This document shows positions 1 through 11,466 of a DNA stretch of 53,773 nucleotides, piece after piece. The notes under the pieces were generated by a model that saw only the letters and a list, made by a program, of their open reading frames with translations, was not told the DNA's origin and searched no databases. This DNA comes from Dirinaria sp. TL-2023a (taxonomy: Eukaryota): the NCBI GenBank assembly GCA_051941275.1, contig JAVEBF010000017.1:1-53773 (forward strand). Direction: 5' to 3'. A program made the position numbers and the translations under genes. Within the stretch, counting starts at the first letter, position 1, and every line of letters begins with the position of its first letter.

Positions 1-458
1 GGATACAAGCATAGATGGGATAATTCGATATACAAAAAAGTACCCCCCATTACCCCTAAAGTCAAAGGATGCTTAATGTCGCGTACACTCGCAAGCAAGC
101 AATTTGAAGACCAAACAAAGGGAAAAAAAAGCGCTAAATGCATTAATCATGAACCAGCGGGCCGCCAACAAGAAACGAGAAAAGGAGAAAAATGCACCAA
201 GGTAACGAGCACCCCATTCTTGCAAGAGCATAGCAACACCGAAGCTGATAGGGAATTTTCTATGACCGATTCACAAACCATAGACTCGACCCGACTCTGT
301 TCGTCTCAGTCCGCACGCGCTATGTAAGTAGCCAGCCTCCGCCCTTTAAAAAAGAAAGAAACAAGGCGACTCTCCCAAGCAAGGCAGCGTCTAATAATCC
401 CATAGAACGCTGTTCCTTTGCCTTGCCCCTCTCTATCTTGTAGTCGAACGGTGGTAGT

Positions 459-1815
459 TCAAACCTTGCCTCCCAGCCATCTATATACAACGCTGAAGTC
501 CTTGCCCGGTTCCTGCGCCTCGACATGCTCATATACCTCTACGGCCTTCTGCCCCAGCTCGCTCAGCGCGCCGATCTGCGCTGCCGCCGCCATCGCGAGC
601 TTCAGATCCTTCTTCATCAGCTCCACCGCGAAGCCGCCCTCGTACTCATCATCCGCCGGGGCACCGGGGCTGATCGATGCGACCGGATTATTCACTGTGC
701 TCGACCAGCATTGGCCGGAACTCGTGTTGATAAGGTCGGCCAGCGCTTTGGAATCCAGCCCCCACTTGATACCGAGGTTCATGGCTTCGCACGTGGCGAT
801 GTTGGAGATGGCTAGGAGGTAGTTGTTCGCCAGCTTGGCTGACAGTCCTGCGCCCTGCTCGCCAAGATGTAGTGTTCTTTGGCCCAGCAGCTCCAGGACA
901 GGTCTTACCCTCTCCACCAGCTGCCCTGACCGGGACGAAGCTCCTAGCATAAATGTGAGGGTCCCGTTTCGGGCGCCTACAACACCACCTGACATGGGTG
1001 CATCAACGAAGCGGCCTTGGGCAGTGGCGTGGACGGCGTTGGCGACCTCGCGGGAGGATGTGGGATCGATGGTGGAGCAGTCGATGAAGAGTCGTTCAGG
1101 AGATAGCGGGGGGAGAGCAGGCTCAAGGATGTTGCGAAAGACGTTCTTGACATGCGAAGCTTCGGGTAGCACGGTGATGATTATTTCCTGGTTATTCGGG
1201 TAAGCATCACAGCGGCGCGTAAAACATGTCGTTGCATTGAGTCCGGAGAAGATGTGTTCAGAGGATTGGCTTTAATGTATGGTTTCGGAATCAGGACAAG
1301 AGCTCCACAGAGCGAAGCCCCCAACTTAGATCATTGGTAGAACATGCTCATCATACTGGAGCTGGTGCGTCGGAGGGAGAATTGGAGGCAGAAAGTACTG
1401 ACCGACTGCTCGGCCACCTGCCGTGGGGTCTTGACGACCTCAATGCCTTCCTCACCCGCGGAGCTGGTGGCCGCTTCGGACACGAAACTGTCCGTGGCCT
1501 GAGTATTGCGGTCGCAAATGATGAGCTTGTCCGACGTGGGGATCTTCGCTCGTAAGTTCTTGGCCATGGGAAACCCTGAAGAAAGGCAGCAATCCGTAAG
1601 CACGTGCTCACTGGCAGCTTCAAAAAGGGTGAGCCATTGGGCCCATTATACGCACCCATGCGGCCGAGACCGATGAAACCCCATGTCCCCAGATTGGCCC
1701 CGCTCGACGCGAAGGATCTCCGCGTCACCGAGGTGGCTATGAGCTTGGTCGATGTGCTGTTGCCCAGGACGCACAGCCGTGACGGCGAGAAACGAACGTT
1801 CACGGCGGCTCTCAT
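459..1815 (-). CDS. HIBADH: 3-hydroxyisobutyrate dehydrogenase, mitochondrial (3 exons; introns ~1576-1656 and 1188-1402)
   Basis: Spliced product has an N-terminal presequence, GFIGLGRMGFPMAKNL Rossmann motif, IDCSTIDP, DAPMSGGVVGA, KLANN and YEGGFAVELMKKDL, all typical of the beta-hydroxyacid dehydrogenase family. Confidence 0.93.
1258..1354 (-). ncRNA. Intronic box C/D snoRNA candidate in HIBADH intron 2
   Basis: Minus strand: box C ATGATGA (1354-1348) and box D CTGA (1261-1258). The D-adjacent TTAAAGCCAATCCT is complementary (13/14) to the conserved LSU rRNA AGGAUUGGCUCUAA (recalled). Host intron is 215 nt versus ~55 nt typical. Confidence 0.75.
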
Positions 1816-2476
1816 TGTGTTTCCCTGATGATTAGGGGCGGGTGGAGGACGGGGTGAAGTGGGTAAGATAAGACGAGGGACGGGCGGATAGGAAGCAGGA
1901 GCATGAAGATCAAAGCATCGCAGGAGTCAAAATTGGGAGGTAGGAGTAAGGTCGGAAGGAGTACCTTTACTTGAGGAGTAAAGTAAGGTATGGTAAAGTT
2001 CGGTAAGCTGGTAAGGTATGACTGCCCTGGTGAAGGAAGGTGGGCTGCTTGGCACTGAGTCTGGGGTGCTGCCGTGCCGGGTGGCCACCTGCCTTACTCT
2101 ACTACCTGTACAATAGTTTCCCCGCCCCTGCTCCCGGAGGTGAACTGGTGAAGCCGCTTAATCCCGGCGGAATCCAATGCCCGCAGTCGGAGATGTGCGC
2201 GTTCGAAGCAAATATGAAGGCATGGTTTGACCCAAAGCTCTCAAGCCTGCATGGATGTGTCTGGATTATCAATTGTGTGCTCCACTGCTTTTTACCGCTT
2301 GGGTGGCTTAGCGCGGGGTAAGAAGTACAGAGCGCGGGGGAGCACCGAGTGACCAAATCCCCCATGATCCTTCGGTCTGTCCAACTCTCGGTCCAATTGG
2401 CGGATCGGGCCTGTTGCCCATCCTTGTACCCCGTACTCGGACCTTAAGGTGGGACTATTATTGAGGCATAACATTA

Positions 2477-3039
2477 GGGAGCACTTATTTGTACCCGCGA
2501 TCCATATTTGTACCCGCGCTAGGGGAAATTTAGGGTTGTCGCAGGGTTATTACTGAATCATCAAGGTATCTTACCTTACCTTACTAAAAGACGCCCACTG
2601 GGTGTACACCACCCTACTTCTAATACCAAATCATTGCCACTAGACTCAAGTTGAGAATTAATTGTCTAGCTTCTTTATGCTTCTCTTTCACACGTCGCAA
2701 GTTCATGTCGCCTCTTAGTGGTTAGATTAGGGTGAGCTCAACGCAGTTGTCCCTCGGAAGAGCCGCCGGAGGTATGGTTAGGGGCTAGGGGTTAGGGTTA
2801 GAAATTAGGGTTAGGACGATTTATAAGGTATGGTGAGGGTGGTGTGTCAGCAAAGTCAGGTAGAGTGGTGTACACCTATTGGGTGCCTTTTAGTAAGGTA
2901 AGATTACCTTAAGGTAGGTACATACCTAAGGTACCTTACCTACCTTACCTTAATATTTTCGTCATAACCCTGCAACAACCCTAGAGTTCTCCGGCTTGGC
3001 GGGTACAAATATGGGTCACGGGTACAAATAAGTGCTCCC
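2477..3039. mobile_element. Non-autonomous DNA transposon (MITE/foldback, probably MULE-derived), 563 bp
   Basis: TIR GGGAGCACTTATTTGTACCCG..., 39/41 identical at the ends, with interrupted inverted similarity continuing to ~2618/~2857. Perfect 8-bp TSD TAACATTA at 2469-2476 and 3040-3047. Confidence 0.92.
2778..2816 (+). repeat. Degenerate telomere-like (TTAGGG)n tract inside the transposon
   Basis: TTAGGG-g-CTAGGG-g-TTAGGG-TTAGAA-a-TTAGGG-TTAGGA, six hexamer-like units. Confidence 0.6.
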
Positions 3040-3609
3040 TAACATTATTGCACATGTCGGACGGCAATGACAATAACAAGGTAAGGTAGATAGGTAAGAT
3101 ACCTCTACAGTAGGTCCTTACTTCTAGAATCCTCCGTACCTATACAGTCCTGGTACGCAAGCTCAGGTAGATCCCTTCAAGCATACCTGAAGAGTCCCTC
3201 TGTAATCCTGGCAAACATGAAGCCCAAGGTAAAGTGATATCGTAGACTTACGTACCAATTCTTGCGTCCATGGTGTAAGGTGTATAGGGCAGAGTAGTAC
3301 ATCTAGGAGCTAGCGGACATCCCTGATAAGCTTCTTCAATGGCCAGGCCCCCGACCCTGGTTAACCAAGTGAACCCCGCTGCGAAACACGCATTATTGCA
3401 CGCTCTAGCTCAGGAGAATGGTGTGCATGCTCCCTTTTCATCCGTGCCGCCGCGGACGCCGGATTGGAGACTGGAAGACAGCAAAGAGTATGATGGTAAA
3501 CGTCAAAAAAGACCCAGAACCCGTTGTGGCTCCGAGGTATTAAGCAATCGACACAGACGCAAAAGGCTGGCTCGAGCCTCACATCGAACAAACACACGGC
3601 TCGTGAAAA

Positions 3610-5103
3610 TCAGACAAAAAAAGGTATCACAGCCCTGGCAGCCGGTCAGCGTTCGCGTCAGTGTTCCAAGTATCAGCACGTATGGCCTACCCGATTGCCA
3701 AAGTGGCCGCAACTCCCATAAGTGCCCGATTTCGGACTTTCTCCCTCGTCAATTGCTGCTCGAGCAACTTCGCTCTCTTCACCCGCTGCTGCTCATCGTC
3801 CACGACTTCATCACTGGCATCGGCGATCTTATCTGCTTTCCGCTTGCCCTTGGACGATTTGCCCCTCTCACTGGAGCCCTCTGGCTCTTCTAGTTTTTTA
3901 GCTTCTTCCACCATGAGCTGAGCTTCCTTGATCATCTGTTCCGGGTTTGTTGGCGGCGGCAGCTCGGCGCTACCGCCAGGAAGCTCAAATTTGAGGGCGG
4001 TGGTGGTGATCTCGCTGTTGCCGTTGACTTGAGTAGTTGACTCGATCTTGACACTAGCTTTCTCGCCGTTGACAGATTTCTCGCTCTCGACTGAATCAAG
4101 GTCAGCAGCTTCAGCTTCCTTCTCAAGCGTGGCTTGTAGCGAAGCATTAGCTTCTTTCGCCGCTGCCGCGTTGGCTTCCTTGGTAGCTTTCGTAGTCCGC
4201 TGTTTCCGTGGTGAACCTGCTTTAGTAGCAGGTGTTGCGCCTTTGCTAGGTGTCGTAGCACGAGGGCGACCCCTTCCCCTTCCTGGTGTTGATGCGCGAG
4301 CAATTTCTCGTGGCTGTAAATGTGCTTTGTCACTCGCCGTAAGTTTGTACTTGGGCGGAGGAGCAATGGACTTCTTGGCATCATCCGAATTCTTTACGTC
4401 CGTTTCGTCCAGGAGAGCCACGATCCAAGGAACCATGTTATAATCATGAGCCAATTCTAGCGCTAAACAAAAAGTGTGTGTTAGAGTAAATCCACCTCAT
4501 GACCGATGCTGGAAGCCACACACCAAATGATTCCGATATCCAAACATTACCAGCCACCTCATCCTGACTACTGGAGCGGAGACTTTTGATGTAGTCACGT
4601 TCGGCTGCCTCTTCTGCATGTTGGGCCCAGGGAAAGGCGAGCTTGAACATTCCAGTCGCACTGATGAACCCATCAACACTTCTTCGCTGCATGCCCAAGG
4701 ACTGTCAGCATCCTTCTCGAGCTTGTCATCATCGGTAGTCACACACCATAAGAAAGTACGCCTCTGGATGCGGTTGGTGCTTTTGCGGCGCAAAGATTTC
4801 TGAACCTTTCAGATTCTTTGGTAGCGGAGCTCGCAGATGCGCATAGTCGAATTGCCCCAGATTGCCGGGTTTAGTTGCGCTCGTGGTTCCAATCTGGCCC
4901 GGCTTTACAGTCAGATTCGTTTGACCAAGGCGGCGTTTTCCGACAAGGTCGCCGTCTGCGGTGTATTAGTGGATATGGCTATAGTGAAGGCGGTTTGCGG
5001 AAACATTATTTGACTTACGCGAGGGCGTCTCTTCCGGCGCAAGTAAATGGTTCCTCCGCGCCGGCAATGACCTCTTGATCGGCTCTGGTGACGCGGAGGC
5101 CAT
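3610..5103 (-). CDS. bqt4: Bqt4-like APSES/KilA-N domain inner-nuclear-membrane protein (5 exons)
   Basis: Spliced MASASPEPIKRSLPARRN...FDYAHLRAPLPK...YFLM|RRSVDGFISATGMFKLAFPWA...EVAGNVWI...ALELAHDYNMVPWIVALLD, then a low-complexity linker and a C-terminal hydrophobic tail RALMGVAATLAIGAVIPFFV*. Confidence 0.8.
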
Positions 5104-5506
5104 ATCTGCTCAAGCTTGCCGCGCAATAGACAGGGTCGCAATAGGTCTGACACGGTGGGACGCGTTGTAATTTGGTAGTGAGCACCAGGTGCGGCGGTTG
5201 CGCAACGGGGCCAAGAGGAGACAGCAGGGCCAAGGTGAGCGAATCGGTGTGAAGTGGTACAGTTGTGCTACAAGGTTGGTAAAACGAGAGAGCAAAGATG
5301 GAGTGGGGATGATGATAGTAATGGATGAGTTGTAAGATGCAGGGGTCAGTCTACATTTGGCCGCTTGCGGACAATAATGTACTGTAGGGGAGTCGGAGTG
5401 ACTTCTACAACTGGGGGACCAGGGGGAGGCTGGCACTGGGCGATCGCTGCGTGGCTGGAAGCGAGATGGGGTCGGGGTCCCCCTTCTGCCGCGGCCTAGT
5501 TAGAGT

Positions 5507-5921
5507 AATACCTTAGAGAGTACGGTAAGGTCAGTAGTACCTTGAGGTAAGGTACCTTAGAGTACCTACAGAGTGTCTCGACGTCACCTCCAATAATGAA
5601 ATGGATACCTAGAGGTAGGTAAAGTAAGATTGCATTGCAATAATCATCATGGTATCTACCTCAGTGACATCAAGTTCGATAGATCTACCTGATGTCTATG
5701 TACATGTAGGTACTTGACTTCAGACACTTTAGTATCTTACAAGAACCATGGCATCTACCTTCTTACAATTGCATGTTCGATAGAATTACCTTATGTCCAG
5801 GTAAGGTACCGACATTAGCAGCTACTGGACTTTTAGGCAGTCTCTTTTACCTTACCTAGGGTTACTACAGTAAGGTAAGGTAATCTGAGAGTACTCAGTA
5901 GAGTACTCAGTATTGTACTCA
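5507..5921. promoter_or_regulatory. GGTAAGGTA/TACCTTAC motif cluster in the bqt4/RDI1 divergent intergenic region
   Basis: Multiple copies on both strands (gaggtaaggtacctt, aggtaaggtacc, taccttacctagg, gtaaggtaaggta), plus tandem 12-mer GAGTACTCAGTA x2 at 5889-5912. Function inferred only from position. Confidence 0.45.
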
Positions 5922-6136
5922 TGAACTGTAGTCTGCCTTCCTTCGACCTTGTCTACGCTCGCTTCGCTTTGCTTCCTTACCTGAGACGGGCGAGGATTGG
6001 CCGACCAGCCGAGAATCCCCCCCACCTTGACCTTGGGCCCCTCCCGCGAACCGTTAGACTTTCCACCTTTTTTTAACGGTTTGGTTCCGTCTTCTTGCTG
6101 GGTCTCTGTACTTCCGCCTTGCTACGTATCTACATC

Positions 6137-6986
6137 ATGGCAAGCCAGGCAGACGATGATCTGACTGCTTCCAAGACCGAAGGTTACAAGGCTGGCGAAA
6201 AGAAGACCGTTGAAGAGTACGCAAAGCTCGGTACGGCCCCAAAACCCTCAACAGCTACTCTTGAACGTCAACTTTTTCAACAGCATCTACGCCCCCAACT
6301 TCCTGCCCGCTACCATCATCCATCTGCCTTGTCTGTTGGGGATGGTACTGACACTCTTTGCAGACCAGAATGACGAATCTCTAAATCGCTGGAAAGCTTC
6401 CCTTGGCATCTCCAACTCCCCTGCGTTGCCCGTGGATCCTTCAGACAAACGGCGCTGCATCATCCGCTCACTTGCACTTGAAGTCGAAGGTCGCCCCGAC
6501 ATCACAATCGACCTGACAGCTCCCGGCTCACTCGAAGCGTTGCGGACTAAACCCTTCACCATCAAAGAAGGCGCCAAATTCCGCATGAAGGCCAATTTCA
6601 AGGTGCAGCATGATGTGCTAAGCGGTCTGAAATACTTGCAGCTCGTTAAACGGAAGGGAATCAGAGTCAGCAAGGACGAAGAGATGATAGTGAGTAGCCG
6701 CATAACTCAAGCCACAGACCAAAGGGCGGCTCCTGACACCAGAGATACAGGGGTCATATCCACCAAATACGGAGGAAAAGCCTATTTACGAGAAGAAATG
6801 TGGGACCTCCTTTTAGCGAAAAGGGTACTCGGCTGGCTAACGGGGAATGTAGTCGCGCAAGATGAGGCGCCAAGTGGCATGGTGGCTAGGGGCCATTATG
6901 AGGCAATCTCGAAATTTGTTGACGATGACAGCCAGGAACATCTCAAATTCGAATGGTCTTTCGACATCACGAAAGAATGGAAATAA
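6137..6986 (+). CDS. RDI1: Rho GDP-dissociation inhibitor (4 exons)
   Basis: EGYKAGEKKTVEEYAKL|DQNDESLNRWKASLG, FTIKEG, VLSGLKY, EAPSGMVARG, FEWSFDITKEW. Confidence 0.95.
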
Positions 6987-7138
6987 ATTCTGAGACGAGC
7001 CATCTTCGGATGTATCGAAAATGCCCGGGCACATGCCCATCGATGTGCATTATCTGACCCAAGAGAATCCGATGTGGCCTCCGTATCCCGTCCTATCTTT
7101 CCAAACGTTTGAAGCTCCATCGTGCATGCCGTGGAATC

Positions 7139-8206
7139 TCAAAGAAAGTACTCCACCACGACACCAGATCCGTCCTGATTCGGCTGCTGTTGCGCCTCGT
7201 TCCTGTGTAAATCATTCTCCGGTGCCGCGTCGAAAACATTGAACTCCCTGTTCCCAGAATCATCGACCTCTAGTACACTTGCCATGTTGCCGCACCGATA
7301 GCAGTAGTTCGGTGCGCTCCATACAGTACTTAACATGTCGTCGTAAAGTACCTGGTAACCTTCTTGACATAATTGGTGTGCGCGCAGTATGTGCGACATG
7401 GAATTGATATCTAGGAATTTCCGCACGACTTGCGCCCCAAACGTATAGCCTGCGCCTCGCGGAGAAAGTGAAAACTCGTCTCGCTCTGGATCTGGATCTG
7501 ACCACACAAGATCCGCCATTGGCCCCTCGTGTGGTATTTCGCGGAATCGGTCAATGATCTTGATTTGGTCGAGAGAGTGAATAGAGGGCGAAAGGCCGCC
7601 GTGAACGCAAAAAATCTGGTTGTTGATGACGACACTAAGGGTGAGGAAGTCGAACATGTCCGTGAAATGATGCCACACGTTGGCGTTTCCGTATTTGCGC
7701 GAACATTCAGTGTAAAAACCATACGATTGTGTGACACCTCGAGACTCATGATTGCCCCGAATCAGATGAACGCGGTGCGGGTATCTTAACTTCAAACATA
7801 CAAGCAGGGATATCGTCTCTACGCTGAAGTGACCGCGATCAACGTAGTCTCCTATCTATGAATAAGCTGCAGCTATGCGAAAGCTGTAGCAGTTGGGAGT
7901 ACCTACCAAGGAACAAATAATTCGTATTCGGGCAAAAGCCTCCGATCTTAAATATCTCTATCATGTCAAAGAATTGCCCATGTATGTCTCCGACCACAGT
8001 GACCGGTGCAGCGATATGTACAACGTTGCTTTCCTTCATCAAAAGCTCCTTGGTTTTGGCACAGATTGCTTCCACCACTGACTCTGCCAACAACTCTTTC
8101 TTGTAGAGCCGTTCGATACATTCATCAAGATCTACACTGGCTGAGGCGCATGATCAGTAGGAGATTTTGAATACCTTTGAGCAGACATACCTGGCAGGCC
8201 GGGCAT
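7139..8206 (-). CDS. PPG1: PP2A-like Ser/Thr phosphatase Ppg1 (3 exons)
   Basis: [52 protein letters not shown] and C-terminal VEYFL. Confidence 0.9.
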
Positions 8207-8840
8207 ATTCTTTACTTGCAAGAGTAGTATGTCTAGAGCTGGTGGCGAGGTTGATTCATTTACTGGCGGAGCGCAGTCGTCCACGAGGGACTGGCACTAA
8301 AGAAACAGCTCGCTCTCGAGGTATCGCAGTCATCTTACAATGTAAGCGGCAATCTTACTATCTTCTGCGATCCGGTAAATCGTGCTCGTAACAAATTGGT
8401 GTGACAGAAGGCGCGCCCTCGGCTCTTCGCTCCTTCGAACTTTTATCATTATCACTTCGGGCCGATTTCTTCCGAGCCTTGGTCCAAGGGTCCGAGGCGG
8501 TCGAGGCGTCTCAGGCGTCTAGAGGTAGGCCACTAATCGGTCCAATTTATTTTCAAAAGCTCTCCCAAACCGGATCATAGCTATTGTACTGCATTCAGTA
8601 CATACCGGTCGAATTACAGGTGAACAAGGCATATGACAAACTTGCTAGTAGCCAATGTACGATTGAGTTTCTGTGAATGCTACCCAGAATTGGTGATAGC
8701 GATAGAACACAAGGACCGGCGAACGAAGGACGGTGAAGCTCCACGAGAAGCTAAAGCTCGAACCACCAAAGCGGTGCGATTGCTTGCCATAGGCGTCGCT
8801 AGAAGCACGAGAACAGCCATTGACGTTCAAATTGGCTTTT

Positions 8841-11069
8841 TCAGAAGTTCATCAAATCTGCTTTCTTGTCAGTATCATCGTCATAAATACCCTTGTGGGG
8901 ACTGCTCACCTCTACCAAATAATGCTCTCTTGGTCCAATCCATTGCCATCAAAACCCGTGTCCTGAAGCTTACGCTCTGCGCAAAATACACGCTCCTCCA
9001 AAGGTAGACCGCTAACAGGCCTCCCGAGAAACTCATGCCGTTGAAGTCGAAAATGGCTGCGTTACCCACGTACGCCAGGCTACCCATATGCTTGTACTCG
9101 AAGGCTTTGTACACAGCCGCATCCAAATCGCCATAATCCATTTGATTCATAGCCATGCCTGGCGCTGCTTGTGCAAGCTTGTTGAGCTTGCGGCCCAAGT
9201 ACTGACCTTGCTGATGCGCCCGTTGAGCTGTTGCTGGCAGCGAAGTCAATTTAGAATCAATCTGAACGAGTAATTCGCGAAGTTCGCCAAAATCAAGACT
9301 CCCACTCTTATCTTTGTCATATTGCTCGAATAGCTTGTCTAGCCTTCTGAGATGATCGGATGCCTGAGGAAAGCGCTTCTTTACACGCTGCGCAACGCCT
9401 CGCCATTCGGAGAAGGTGATCTCTACTGTCTCTGGATCTGAACCTTTTTCATAGGCAATACCGCGAAGAAACTGTATCAAATGGTCGGCAATATTGTTTT
9501 GCACTGTGGAGCAGTCACCAATACAATAAACTGTCCCTAGAGGAGCACCGTTGAGACGTAGGTGCGTATCGGTCTCTAGAGCATGCCTATTATTTTGTGA
9601 GTCAATTTTATCGGCAATGCGCTTGCAGAAATCCGTTTGGGCTGTCGAAGGAGTCAACATTTAATCTTCGCGAGGAAATGCTTCTTAGCAACTCACAGAC
9701 ACCTGTAGACCAGAGGCAGAAGCCATGAGGAATTTCCTTTGTGATTGTCTCACCATTCTCGTTCTTTTGGGTGAATAGAATCTTCTCTGGTAAGACTTCT
9801 TTAACCCGGGAGTTAGTGAGGACCTCGACCTGATCATGAGCTAGCTTCTCTTCGGCATACTGCGATAAAGCTTCGTCGTACGTATTAAGAATATGGCCTC
9901 TACTCTGTATGACGTGCACTGAGACTTCATTCCTGAGTATCTTTGGGAAAGAACGCGCCAAGTCTTCGTTCAGAAAATCGAAAAGCTCTGCTGCAAATTC
10001 AACGCCTGTAGGACCCCCACCACTGATGACGAAGGATAACAAACGACGGCGCTCCTCGTCTGAAGTTGTCGGGAGGCAAGCCGCTTCCACGTTTCGGCCC
10101 AGTTGGCTTCTAATTGCTTGGGCATCCTCGACACTCTTCAGAAAATGGCAATTCTCTAATCCTTTGACACCATGCGGATTCGTGGTAGAACCTACAATTC
10201 AATCAGTCATCGGTAAACCAGCGAAAACCTGTACTATTACCAACGCCTATCACAAGCTTGTCGTAAGGCAGATAGAAATGCCTCAATTCTCCACTAGCAT
10301 CCCTCTGAGCTACTTCTATGAGGCGCTCAGTCAATTCTACGTCGACTGCCTCGGCTCTTAGAAAATGTCCCTTAATCCTTTGTACGATGCGTCGTATTGG
10401 TTCGATCAGCGAGCGTAGCTCGAGAGTTCCGACGGTAGCCGATGGCAGCATGGGCGTGAAAAGAAAGTAGTTACACGGCGACACCACGGTCACATGGTAA
10501 TCTTCTGGATTCAATTGCTTTAAGAGAGCAACGCTGCCCCAGCCGCTTCCCAATACGACAAGCTTCGGTTTGTTCTTCTTTCTCGTATTATCTTCGCAGT
10601 CGTCATCGTCAACAAGGACGTCTGCAATCGGTAAGTTCTTCGGGCCACCTCTTCTCGGATACAGCGCTTCCACCGAGACTGGTATGTCTGTATACGACAG
10701 ATCCTCACGGTAGGTTGTGGAATCGTAGACAAAGAATGCGCCCACAAGAGCCCCAAGGATGAGAACGGATGCTCCCGAATACGCGAAGAGGCGGTAGCAG
10801 AATCGGAATACAGGCCCTCGTTTGTGAGGCAACGGTTTAGTGGAAATAAAGCGGTAAACTGGCGGAAGAGATCTAAGGTTTGAGAATTGGAGGGAGCGGG
10901 GGTTGAGCTGTGGTCTAGCCAGTTGATGCCATGCTTGCGAGCTCTGTGTAGTCAAGCCTATAGCTGCACCACCTCCTGACTGAGAAGGTGATAATGATTG
11001 TGGTTTAAATCGAATTGCAATTGGGGGGGATCGCGCCAGCAACTTCACCACCTGCCCATTGCGTATCAT
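8841..11069 (-). CDS. nde-1: Type II (alternative) external mitochondrial NADH dehydrogenase with EF-hand, 64-kDa type (4 exons)
   Basis: VVLGSGWGS and SGGGPTGVEFAAE nucleotide-binding motifs, EF-hand DKDKSGSLDFGE, LPATAQRAHQQG; last exon encodes DLMNF*. Confidence 0.92.
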
Positions 11070-11178
11070 GACGGATCGAGTACTGTCAATTAGCTTCTAG
11101 GTGGGTAAAAAATGCTAAGAGGCTGCATGTTGAAGAACAAGGAGAGGATCAAGGTACTCCAATGGCAGATAGAAGGAA

Positions 11179-11410
11179 AGGTAAGGTAAGTTCATGTAGG
11201 TTGGGAGGTTGTTGGTAGCTGTAGCAATTATGATAGAGCAGTACATTATTGGCCCTGACAAAAGCCTGCTCTATCGGCCAAAGTCTCGCCTAAATTTTTC
11301 CTTACCTAAGATAGAGTAAGGTAGAGTACGGTACTCGTACTTTACGTCATGCTACTCTCCACCTACAATGACCTAACGTAAGGTAGTCCGTACCTACCTT
11401 ACCTAGGTAG
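11179..11410. promoter_or_regulatory. GGTAAGGTA/TACCTTAC motif cluster in the nde-1/URB1 divergent intergenic region
   Basis: aggtaaggtaag, ccttacctaag, gtaaggtag x2 and tacctaccttacctaggtag. Confidence 0.45.
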
Positions 11411-11466
11411 CTTCTTCCCCTTTATCATAACTATTTACACTCCCAGACTCTTCTCTTGCACCAGAC

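Noticed and set aside
418..1203. Plus-strand ORFs of 96-134 aa
   Set aside because: Antisense shadows of the GC-rich HIBADH exon. The same applies to most short ORFs overlapping real genes in the track.
2040..2474. GC-rich stretch with short ORFs; considered as RNase MRP/P, SRP, U snRNA or telomerase RNA
   Set aside because: No convincing conserved boxes, Sm site or template context recognised; the ORFs have no recognisable motifs.
3339..3893. 184-aa plus-strand ORF
   Set aside because: Overlaps the bqt4 3' exons antisense and has no recognisable domain.
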